Source: Planctomycetota bacterium (lineage in GTDB: Bacteria > Planctomycetota > B15-G4 > JAXMBY01). Taken from it: a DNA stretch of 64,000 bases. A program made the translations under genes and the position numbers. Under the pieces are notes generated by a model that worked only from the letters and a program-made list of their open reading frames with translations, was not told the origin of the DNA and made no database searches. Below are positions 31,086 to 39,372 of the stretch, one piece after another. The stretch covers positions 181,351 to 245,350 of the forward strand of contig JAXMBY010000001.1 in assembly GCA_046349655.1 (NCBI GenBank), read 5' to 3'. Position 1 is the stretch's first letter; each line of letters starts with the position of its first letter.

Positions 31086-32232
31086 GCGAATCATCCCGTT
31101 CGGCGTGATCGGCTGCGGTCTCATGGGACGCGAGTTCGCGTCGGCCGCGGCGCGCTGGGATCATCTCCTCGACCTGGAGTGGCGGCCGCGCATCATTGCG
31201 GCCTGCGACCTGAACGCGAGCGCGCTCGAGTGGTTCCGCCGCGCGGTGCCGGGGATCCGCACCAGCTGCGATCCCGAGGCGCTGCTCGGCGATCCGGCGA
31301 TCGAGGCGCTGTACATCGCCGTGCCGCACGATCAGCACGAGGACCTGTACCGCGCCGCGATCGCAGCGGGCAAGCACTTCCTGGGCGAGAAGCCGTTCGG
31401 CATCGACCGCGCCGCGAACCAGCGCATCCTGACCGACCTCGCGCGCCGGCCGGACCTGCTGGTGCGCTGCTCGTCGGAGTTCCCGTTCTTCCCGGCGGCG
31501 CAGATGATCGTGCGCGCGCTGCGCGAGCAGCGCTTTGGCCGCATCCTCGAGGTGCGCTGCGGCTTGCTGCACTCGAGCGATCTCGATCCCGACAAGCCGA
31601 TCAACTGGAAGCGCATGGTCGCGCGCAACGGGGAGTATGGCTGCATGGGCGACCTTGGCATGCACGCGCTGCACATCCCGCTGCGTGCCGGCTGGTTCCC
31701 GCACGACCTGCGCGCGCTGCTCACCAAGATCGTCGCCGAGCGTCCGGATCGAACCGGCGCCAAGGTGCCGTGCGAGACCTGGGACAATGCGCTGCTCGCC
31801 TGCCGCGTCGGCAGCACGCCGGCCGACGAGTTCCCGCTGCTGCTCGAGATGAAGCGCATCTCGCCCGGCGACATCAACACCTGGTTCATCGAGGTGTACG
31901 GAACCAGGCTGTCGGCGCGCTTCAGCACGCGCCGGCCGCGCACGCTCGAGACCATGCCCTTCGCTCGCGATCAACCGCAGGCGTGGCACCAGCTCGACGT
32001 CGGCTCCGCGAGTGCGTACCGGAGCATCACCGGCGGCATCTTCGAGTTCGGCTTCTCGGATGCGATCCTGCAGATGTGGGCCGCCTACGGCGACGAGCTC
32101 GTGCATGGGCAGCGCGCGATGCAGCAGCCGTTTCACTGCGTGACGCCCGAGGAGACGCGGCAGAGCCACTTGATCCTCGACGCGGCGCTCGAGTCGCAGC
32201 GGCGTGCTGCAACCATCATGCTGGCGCGGTGA
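31075..32232 (+). CDS. Gfo/Idh/MocA-family NAD(P)-dependent oxidoreductase
   Basis: IIPFGVIGCGLMGREFA Rossmann N-terminus and EKPFGID motif; overlaps the aldolase gene by 11 bp. Confidence 0.8.
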   Translation: MAAERIIPFGVIGCGLMGREFASAAARWDHLLDLEWRPRIIAACDLNASALEWFRRAVPGIRTSCDPEALLGDPAIEALYIAVPHDQHEDLYRAAIAAGKHFLGEKPFGIDRAANQRILTDLARRPDLLVRCSSEFPFFPAAQMIVRALREQRFGRILEVRCGLLHSSDLDPDKPINWKRMVARNGEYGCMGDLGMHALHIPLRAGWFPHDLRALLTKIVAERPDRTGAKVPCETWDNALLACRVGSTPADEFPLLLEMKRISPGDINTWFIEVYGTRLSARFSTRRPRTLETMPFARDQPQAWHQLDVGSASAYRSITGGIFEFGFSDAILQMWAAYGDELVHGQRAMQQPFHCVTPEETRQSHLILDAALESQRRAATIMLAR

Positions 32233-32300
32233 TCGAGGGCGCGCCCGTTCGCACCGAGCACACGCGGGGCGCGATGCGAACGGGGCGGGCCGGGTGCGTG

Positions 32301-34244
32301 TCAGTTCGCTGCGCCGGTGCTCCCTGGTGTGAGCTGCACGACCCGCCGAGCCGCCGGGCGCGGCAAGGTGACGCCGCGCAGGTGTGCTTGCTCGATCACC
32401 GCCGCAGCCATCGCCAGCGGCAGCAGGCCGGTTGGCGTGAACAGGTCGAGCGAGACGCCTTCGGGTCCGCGCGTGATGCCGATCGCCGCACCGGAGAAGT
32501 GCGCCGCCAGCGTCTCGGCGAGCGGCAGGTACGCCGGGTTCAGCCCGGTGCCCGACTGATCGAGCAGCGAGGGCAACATCGGCGCGATGCTCTGGTAGAT
32601 GACCGGCAGCGAGCGCTTGAGATCGAGGTAGCAGAGGAGCCCAGGCTGCAGCTCGCCGCCGGTGAGGCCGCGCATCACCTTGGCGAGCGTCTCGCTCGAA
32701 CTGCCGAGCGTCTCGTGGGCCGGGTTCATGACGTGGTTGGCCAGATACGTCTTGAGCGGCAGCGCGCCCAGCACCGCGCCGTACAGTCGATTGCCACGAA
32801 TGGCGAACGCCGGCTGCACCTCGGCATGGTCGGCGCGCACGAGGAAGCCGTCGCTGCCACCCGACACTGGGAAGCTCTGCAGCGACACATGCCCAGCGGC
32901 GAGCTGCTTCACCAGGTCGAGCACCTGCTCGAACTTGCTCGTGTCGCGCAATGCGACCTGCAGCACGACGTCGGGGATGAAGCTGCGCAGCGACGGCGAC
33001 ACGGTCAGCGAGAGCTCATCGCCGAACGCCGGCACGATCGTCTTGCTCAGATTCACGCCCTGGATGTCGACGCGCTCCAGCGCCGCCTGCAGCTCGGCCA
33101 GCGAGCCGGGCAGCACGTCCTGCGAGAAGGCGAGCAGGTCCTGGCGCAAGCGCTCGACGTCGAGGCGCAGGCCGGCAAACGCCACGGTCGTGGCGGGGGC
33201 ATCTTGCAGCGACGGGAAGCCCTGGCCGAGGCAATCGAGCAGCCGGCACAAGCCACGCGACTGCCCGTCGAGCGCGAGCAGCAGCGACTCGCGCACACCG
33301 CCCTCGCTCATGCCCATCGCGAACGCTGCGCCCTCGAACTGGTCGAGCCCGAGCAGCTTGAGCTCGTCGAGGACGATCGGCGCAACGAACGGCTTCGCCA
33401 TCGACAGCGCGGCGGCGACGTTCAGGTAGGCGAAGGCGATGTTGTGGCCGGTGGCGATGCGGGCGTGCACCTTGGCATAGCGCTCGTTGCCGGCCAGCGG
33501 ATCGTGCTGCTGCGCCGCGATCGCTTGCGCCACGGTCTCGGCGTCGCCACCGATCAGCCAGCGCTTGCCGCCCAGGTCGGCGTACACGCTCGTGCTCTGA
33601 CCGCCCGGCGCGCGGAACGTGAGCCGCGTGACGTCGTGTCCTGCGAGCGTGATCTTGTCGACCTCCGCGCCCGGCACCATGCCCAGGTGCTCGTCGACGT
33701 GCGCGCGCAGCGCTGGGCCCGGTTCCAGAGCGAGCAGGAAATCCACGGCGAACTTGAGGCCGGCGCGGGGAGCTGCGGCGCGCGCGCCGGTGAGCGCGCG
33801 CGTCTCGACCGCCGCCCCGAGCACCTCGTGCAGCAGGCGCGCGTCGAACGGATGCGATGGGCTGAGGCGGTGGCGGACGGTCTTGCCATCCGCGCCGGGG
33901 ATCTCCACGGTCAGGCCGCAGAAGCCGAACGCGGCCTCGCCGCGCAGCCAGTCGTCGAGCGGGCTCATCGCCAGGGCCGCCTGCACCGGGTCGTCGCTCG
34001 CGCCTTGCGGCAGCGCCTGCAGCAGCGGCTTCAGGAACTGCCGCATCTCCGGCTCGCGCAGGAGCGCGGCAATGTCGAGCCCGGGCAGACCATCGCGCAG
34101 CGCGCGTGCATCGAAGGCCGCGTACAGGAACGCGTCGCTCGGCAAGAGCTGATCGAGCGAAGGTCCGCTGGGCTCGGGCACGTCGCCTGCCCGGTTCGAG
34201 CCCGCGAGCAGCAAGACCACGGCGCCGGTCAAGAAGTGCTTCAT
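32301..34244 (-). CDS. secreted hypothetical protein (647 aa)
   Basis: ATG 34244 with signal peptide MKHFLTGAVVLLLAGSN; the upstream 89 codons of the 736-aa ORF are shadow sequence. Confidence 0.55.
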   Translation of the reverse strand: MKHFLTGAVVLLLAGSNRAGDVPEPSGPSLDQLLPSDAFLYAAFDARALRDGLPGLDIAALLREPEMRQFLKPLLQALPQGASDDPVQAALAMSPLDDWLRGEAAFGFCGLTVEIPGADGKTVRHRLSPSHPFDARLLHEVLGAAVETRALTGARAAAPRAGLKFAVDFLLALEPGPALRAHVDEHLGMVPGAEVDKITLAGHDVTRLTFRAPGGQSTSVYADLGGKRWLIGGDAETVAQAIAAQQHDPLAGNERYAKVHARIATGHNIAFAYLNVAAALSMAKPFVAPIVLDELKLLGLDQFEGAAFAMGMSEGGVRESLLLALDGQSRGLCRLLDCLGQGFPSLQDAPATTVAFAGLRLDVERLRQDLLAFSQDVLPGSLAELQAALERVDIQGVNLSKTIVPAFGDELSLTVSPSLRSFIPDVVLQVALRDTSKFEQVLDLVKQLAAGHVSLQSFPVSGGSDGFLVRADHAEVQPAFAIRGNRLYGAVLGALPLKTYLANHVMNPAHETLGSSSETLAKVMRGLTGGELQPGLLCYLDLKRSLPVIYQSIAPMLPSLLDQSGTGLNPAYLPLAETLAAHFSGAAIGITRGPEGVSLDLFTPTGLLPLAMAAAVIEQAHLRGVTLPRPAARRVVQLTPGSTGAAN

Positions 34245-34372
34245 GGCAAGCCTCTGCAACAAGGGGGTTGTGAGCCCTGGGTTCGTGGATCCGAATCGAC
34301 CATCGTGCGGCAACGGCCGCAGCCGGGGCGAGGTTCCCGTGCGCGCTGCTACAGGTGCCGGCGGCCGCGCGT

Positions 34373-34903
34373 TCAAGGTCGGGTCGCATCGAGCGCGCGC
34401 CCGATCATGGACCGGAACTGATCGCCCGACGCCGGCCCCTCGTGCCGTGCGAGCACGCGACCCGCGGCATCGAGCACGATGGTAGCAGGAATCGGGCCCG
34501 GCAGGTCCCACTGCTGATCGAGCTCGATGACGCTGCCGGAGTACACGAGCGAGCGGCAGGTGAGGCCGCGCGCCGAAAGGAACTGATCGATGGAGCGCGG
34601 CGCATTCTCGGCGGTCATGCCGGCGCCGGGTGCGAGCAGGTCCTGAGAGACCAGGACCAGCCGCACCGATGCGTCACCGAAGCCGGCCACCGCGGCGAGC
34701 AGCTCCGGCAGCTCGGCCACGCATGGTGCGCACCAGGTCGCCCAGAAGTTCACCACCGTCACCCGCGCGGACGGTGAGCGCAGCTCGGCCTGCAGCTCCA
34801 GGAGGTCCACGAGCTTGCTCTGCTGGCCGCGCCCGCAGCCGGGCATGGAACCCGCTGCGAGCGCGATCACTGCCAGACGGCCGATGCAGCGCGAAGCCGT
34901 CAA
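34373..34903 (-). CDS. TlpA/ResA-like thiol-disulfide oxidoreductase lipoprotein
   Basis: Lipobox AAGSMPGC and thioredoxin CxxC motif FWATWCAPC. Confidence 0.8.
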   Translation of the reverse strand: MTASRCIGRLAVIALAAGSMPGCGRGQQSKLVDLLELQAELRSPSARVTVVNFWATWCAPCVAELPELLAAVAGFGDASVRLVLVSQDLLAPGAGMTAENAPRSIDQFLSARGLTCRSLVYSGSVIELDQQWDLPGPIPATIVLDAAGRVLARHEGPASGDQFRSMIGRALDATRP

Positions 34904-34906
34904 GCG

Positions 34907-35578
34907 CTAGCCCTGCGGTCCGACGCGCTTGATGGTGCAGCCATGCGGCTTGGTCGATGGCGTGGGTGGTTCGCGGTTCGACAGCAGCGCGTCGAGCGCC
35001 TGGCGGACGTAATTGTTCCTCTGGTCGCTCTTGCGGCCGTCCGGGTCGTCATCGATGCTGCCGGCGTAGCAGAGCCTGGCGGTGCCATCCAGGATGAAGA
35101 CATGCGGCGTGGTCTTCGCATCGAAGCGATCGGCGATGACGTTGTTCGTGTCGATGAGGATCGGATACGGGATGCTCTGCTGCTTCACGTAGTCCTTGAT
35201 CCGCGCGTAGGGATCCGTCCCCTTGTCGACCTCGGTATGGTTGGCATCGATTGCCAGGAACACGATGCCCTTGCTCGCGTAGTCGGCGTGCAGCTGCTTC
35301 AGCCGCGCCTCGTAGCCGAGCGACACCGGGCACTGGATCGACCAGAAGTCGAGCACGACGATCTTGCCGGTGTAGTCCTTGAGCGTGTGCGTCTTGCCGG
35401 TGATGTCCTTCAGCGTGATGCTCTGGTCGACGGCGCTGCCCACCACGAACTTCTTCACCTCCGGCCGAGCCGGACTGGTGCTGGCCTGATTGCCGGACGG
35501 TGACGAAGCGGCAGGGGTCTGTGCGGGCGCGGCCGCCGTCGCCGCCAGGCACGCTGCCACCAGGAACGATCGAGTCAT
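34907..35578 (-). CDS. secreted redoxin/thioredoxin-fold protein with single-Cys CPVS motif
   Basis: GGAGG RBS plus ATG 35578; signal peptide; VVLDFWSIQCPVSL (CxxS); AhpC/TSA-redoxin-like layout. Confidence 0.65.
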   Translation of the reverse strand: MTRSFLVAACLAATAAAPAQTPAASSPSGNQASTSPARPEVKKFVVGSAVDQSITLKDITGKTHTLKDYTGKIVVLDFWSIQCPVSLGYEARLKQLHADYASKGIVFLAIDANHTEVDKGTDPYARIKDYVKQQSIPYPILIDTNNVIADRFDAKTTPHVFILDGTARLCYAGSIDDDPDGRKSDQRNNYVRQALDALLSNREPPTPSTKPHGCTIKRVGPQG

Positions 35579-35746
35579 GCGAATGCCTCCGTGGATTGCC
35601 GAGCGGGGGTCACGCGAAGAGACTAGCAGATTCGCCCGCACCAGGGGAAGCGCGCGGCCGCTTGACTCGATCGTGCGCACACGGTCTCCTGTGGACCGTG
35701 CCTGCTTGCCGCGGCCCTGCTCGTCCGTTGCCAGGAAGACCAGCCG

Positions 35747-36292
35747 TTGACCGCCCCTGACCTTGCTGACCGCCTGCTCTGCGAGCTGCGCTGGCTGCAC
35801 CTGCTCTGCTTCCATCTTGCCGGCCGGCGGATCCGCGCGCGCTTCGAGGTGGATGACCTGGTGCAAGATGTGTGCCTGCGAGCGCTCGGTGCCGCCGGTG
35901 CGCCGGCCGCCGAGGCGGGGGAGCAGCCGCTGCGCCGCTGGCTCGCCAGGATCGCGCGGCAGTGCGTGATCGACACCGCGCGTGCGCTGCGCAGCAAGAA
36001 GCGCTCGGCGCGCGAGGAGCGGCTCGATCGCTCGGCGTCGAGCGCGGGCGGCGCGGCGCAGCGGCAGCTGCTGGAACGCACGATGGGGCCAGCGACGCGG
36101 GCGGCGGCGCGCGACGAGGTGGCGCACCTGCTGCGTCGTTTCGAGCGCTTGCCCGCCGACTACCGGCGCGTCCTCGCGCTGCGCCAGTTCGAGGGCCTGA
36201 CCGCTGCGGCGACCGCACGGCGCATGGCGCGCTCCGAGGCGGCCATCCACTCCCTGTACCGCCGCGCGCTGCAGGCCTGGGCCGGAGACTGA
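35747..36292 (+). CDS. ECF-subfamily RNA polymerase sigma-70 factor
   Basis: Region 2 DDLVQDVCLRAL and region 4 YRRVLALRQFEGLTAAATARRMARSEAAIHSLYRRAL; TTG start per the ORF track. Confidence 0.7.
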   Translation: MTAPDLADRLLCELRWLHLLCFHLAGRRIRARFEVDDLVQDVCLRALGAAGAPAAEAGEQPLRRWLARIARQCVIDTARALRSKKRSAREERLDRSASSAGGAAQRQLLERTMGPATRAAARDEVAHLLRRFERLPADYRRVLALRQFEGLTAAATARRMARSEAAIHSLYRRALQAWAGD

Positions 36293-36346
36293 TTTTTTTT
36301 CGCGAGCGCGCGACGAGGTCCTGCGCCGATTGCGCTTCGCATCTCC

Positions 36347-37984
36347 ATGAGCGCGGCAATGAACACCGGCGAACCGATCGACGACCTGCTCGACCGCCTG
36401 GTCGCGCGGTACGCGGATCGGGTGCGCGCTGGCCAGGAGCTGGACACGGACGACCTCGTTGCCGAGGTGCCGGCGGAACATCGGCCGGCGCTGGAGCGCT
36501 GCTTCCGCATGATGATCGCGCAGCGCGGGGCGGTGCCGTGCTCGCCGCGGCCGCTCGGCCCTGGCGCGATGCTCGGCGCCTTCAAGATCACGGGCCTGCT
36601 GGGCCGCGGCGGGATGGCGAGCGTGTACCGAGCGGTGCAGCTCGAGCTCAACCGCGAGGTGGCGCTCAAGGTGCTGCGGCCGGGGCTGGCGCTCGACCCG
36701 CGGCACGTCGAGCGCTTCCGGCGCGAGGCGCAGTCGATCGCTCGCCTGCAGCATCCCAACATCGTGCAGGTGTTCGCGGTGGGGGAGGCGCTCGGGCACC
36801 ACTACCTGGCAATGGAGCTGGTCGACGGGCCCAGCCTCGCACAGGTGTTCGCGCGCCTGCCCGAGCGGCGGCCCTGGACCGGCGCCGATCTCGCGGCTGC
36901 CGCCGGCATCCCCGGGCTGGTGCCGGGCAGCGAGACCTACGAGCAGGCGCTGGTGACGGTGATTGCCAGGGTCGCGCGCGCGGTCGGCGTGGCGCACGAG
37001 CTCGGCATCGTGCATCGCGACGTGAAGCCGCACAACATCCTGATGCATCGCGATGCGCGGCCGATGATCGCCGACTTCGGGCTCGCCAAGGGCGATCAAG
37101 ACCTCGCCGTGTCGCTCACCGGCGAGCCGCTCGGCACGCCCTACTACATGGCGCCGGAGCAGGTGCTGCTGAGCGAGCAGGGCGGCATCGACGCGCGCTG
37201 TGACGTGTACGGGCTGGGCGTCACGCTCTACGAGGGACTGACCGGCTGCCGGCCGTTCACCGGTGCCACCGCGCTCGCGGTGTTCGACGCGATCCGGAAC
37301 GCGACCCCGCGCCCGCTCGCGAGCCTGGCGCCGCAGTGCTCGCGCGATGTGCAGGCGGTGATCCGGAAGTCCATGGCGAGGAACCGCGCCGATCGCTACC
37401 ACTCCGCGCTCGAGCTGGCGCTCGAGCTGCAGGCGGTGATCGAGCGGCGCCCGACCCGTGCGCGCGCCGCCGAGGGTGGGCCGGTGCGCCGCGCGCTGCG
37501 GCTCTGCGGCAGCGTGGCGCGCGGCCAGCCCTACGAGTATCGGTCGCCGCGCTCGTTCCTGGGCCTGCCGCTCTTGCACGTCAACCTGGGTGGCCGGCGG
37601 CCCGGCAAGCTGCGGGTCGCGCGGGGCTGGCTCGCGATCGGCCAGGTGGCGGTGGGTCCGGTGGCGCTCGGCGGTCTGTTCGCCTCTGGCTTGCTCGCGT
37701 GCGCCGGCGTCGTGTCGCTCGGTCTCGTCGGTCTCGCCGGTGCGCTCGCGTCGGGCGTGCTCGCCGTCGGCGGCAACGGCGTGGGCGTGTTCGCGTTCGG
37801 TGGGTTCGCACTCGGCTTCAGCGCCATCGGCGGCTATGCCGCGGGCTACTTCGGCCTGGGCGGCAAGGTGCATGCGTGGCATGCGCTGTCGCCGCTCGTG
37901 CGCGACCCGGCCGCACTCACCTGGTTCCGCGCGGTCCTGCCGCGCTGGCTGCAACACCTGGGTCCCTTCACGACCATGTTCTGA
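36347..37984 (+). CDS. serine/threonine protein kinase with Gly-rich C-terminal membrane region
   Basis: GRGGMASVYRA...VALKVL, HRDVKPHNIL, DFGLAK, GTPYYMAPE. C-terminal GLVGLAGALASGVLAVGGNGVGVFAFGGFALGFSAIGGYAAGYFGLGG is a glycine-zipper-like hydrophobic segment. Confidence 0.9.
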   Translation: MSAAMNTGEPIDDLLDRLVARYADRVRAGQELDTDDLVAEVPAEHRPALERCFRMMIAQRGAVPCSPRPLGPGAMLGAFKITGLLGRGGMASVYRAVQLELNREVALKVLRPGLALDPRHVERFRREAQSIARLQHPNIVQVFAVGEALGHHYLAMELVDGPSLAQVFARLPERRPWTGADLAAAAGIPGLVPGSETYEQALVTVIARVARAVGVAHELGIVHRDVKPHNILMHRDARPMIADFGLAKGDQDLAVSLTGEPLGTPYYMAPEQVLLSEQGGIDARCDVYGLGVTLYEGLTGCRPFTGATALAVFDAIRNATPRPLASLAPQCSRDVQAVIRKSMARNRADRYHSALELALELQAVIERRPTRARAAEGGPVRRALRLCGSVARGQPYEYRSPRSFLGLPLLHVNLGGRRPGKLRVARGWLAIGQVAVGPVALGGLFASGLLACAGVVSLGLVGLAGALASGVLAVGGNGVGVFAFGGFALGFSAIGGYAAGYFGLGGKVHAWHALSPLVRDPAALTWFRAVLPRWLQHLGPFTTMF

Positions 37985-38010
37985 TCGGCGTGTCGCACGC
38001 GAGGTGCCTC

Positions 38011-39372
38011 ATGATGGTGTGGCTGCAAGCAGTGATGGTTGCTCGGCTCGCGCTCTGCAGCGCGCCGGACTGGCAGAACTTCACGCTCAAGAACGGCGTG
38101 CGCGTCTCGGTGCTGGTGGTGGCCGATTCGCCGAAGCAGGCGACCTTCACGTTCTTGCCGCTGTCGCTCTTGAACGACGATCCGCACCGTGCGCAGTTCG
38201 CGCATCTGATCGAGCACCTGCTGATCCGCTCGACCGATCCCGACCTGCTCACCGTGGAGGGCGTGGCGCTGAACGGCGAGACCGGTGCGAGCGGCATGCG
38301 TCTCGAGACGCTCGCGGACCGGGCGCAGTGGCAGGCGGCGCTCGCGCGCCACGTGCGCTGGGTGACCGCGCGCGAGTTCGACGACGAGGTGCTGGAACGC
38401 GAGAAGCTGCGGATCCAGGCCGAAGAGGAGAGCACCTGTGCCTCGGGCTACACGCACAAGTGGGCAGCCGCGGCGTGGAACCAGGTGGTGCGCTGCGGGC
38501 TCGACCACGCGGCCGTGCATGGCGACGTCGCGCGGGCGACCGTCGAGCAGGTGCGCGATGACGTGCTCGCGCGCGTGGCGGTCGATGCGTCGCTGCGCAT
38601 CGTCAGCGTCGGCCCGGCCAGCGCGGACGCGATCCGTGCGGCGCTGGAACAGGAGTTCCTGGGGGCGGCACCGGTTCCGGCGCGGCGCCCTGCGGCGAAG
38701 CCGACCGCGGCGCGCACCCTTGCCGGGAAGCCCTCGCGCGAGGCGACCTGGGACCTGCGCGGCACGCAGTACCTCGAGTGGTACGCGCTGCCCGGCGACA
38801 CACCGAAGCTGCGCGCTCTCGCGTTTGCCGTGTCGCAGCTGCTGACCATGCAGCTCGGCCAGGACGCCGCGCTCGCCCGGATCGGGGCCAAGGGCCTCGC
38901 CGAGGCCCTTGGCATCGACGACGGCGCACGCGTGATCTCGCTGTCCGTGTCGGTGCCGGCCGGGGCAGAGGCGATGGTGGTCGAGCGGAGCGTGCGCGCC
39001 GCCATCGATGCGGTGGCCAGGCTGGACCTCGCCGCGACCGGCGGGTTCTTCGCGCAGCAGCTCGAGCTGCCGCGCGATTTCGCCGCGCTGCGCCGGCCGT
39101 TTGCGGGCTCGCCACAGGCCGACCTGGTCGAGGCGCAGACGGTGCTCTCGCTGGTGCACACCGAGGTGGTGGCGGGGCTGAGCGCGGCCGATCTCGCGAG
39201 CGCTGCGGGCGTTGCGCGCCGACGATTTCGCCGCGCTGCTGCGCGAGGCGCTCGCGCGCGAGCATGGCGCCGCGCTGTGGCTCAGGCCGCGGCAGCCGTG
39301 AGCACGAACGCGAGCCGCGCGCTCACCGCGCCGAGAGCCCGACCTCGGCGACCAGGATGCGGTACAGGCTGA
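38011..39372 (+). CDS. M16 (pitrilysin/insulinase) family zinc-peptidase-like lipoprotein; probable frameshift near 39210 (alternative stop 39301)
   Basis: GAGGTG RBS; lipobox LALCSAPD; inverted zinc motif HLIEHLL (HxxEH). The last 50 codons of the listed ORF are Arg/Ala-rich, whereas the +1 frame reads LRADDFAALLREALAREHGAALWLRPRQP*. Confidence 0.6.
   Translation: MMVWLQAVMVARLALCSAPDWQNFTLKNGVRVSVLVVADSPKQATFTFLPLSLLNDDPHRAQFAHLIEHLLIRSTDPDLLTVEGVALNGETGASGMRLETLADRAQWQAALARHVRWVTAREFDDEVLEREKLRIQAEEESTCASGYTHKWAAAAWNQVVRCGLDHAAVHGDVARATVEQVRDDVLARVAVDASLRIVSVGPASADAIRAALEQEFLGAAPVPARRPAAKPTAARTLAGKPSREATWDLRGTQYLEWYALPGDTPKLRALAFAVSQLLTMQLGQDAALARIGAKGLAEALGIDDGARVISLSVSVPAGAEAMVVERSVRAAIDAVARLDLAATGGFFAQQLELPRDFAALRRPFAGSPQADLVEAQTVLSLVHTEVVAGLSAADLASAAGVARRRFRRAAARGARARAWRRAVAQAAAAVSTNASRALTAPRARPRRPGCGTG

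Noticed and set aside
31179-34421. 1080-aa plus-strand ORF
   Set aside because: Runs antisense through the 32301..34244 secreted-protein gene with Arg/Gly-rich composition.
35579-37957. Upstream 790 codons of the 1016-aa minus-strand ORF
   Set aside because: Antisense to the ECF sigma and Ser/Thr kinase genes; only the last 223 codons (redoxin lipoprotein) are protein-like.
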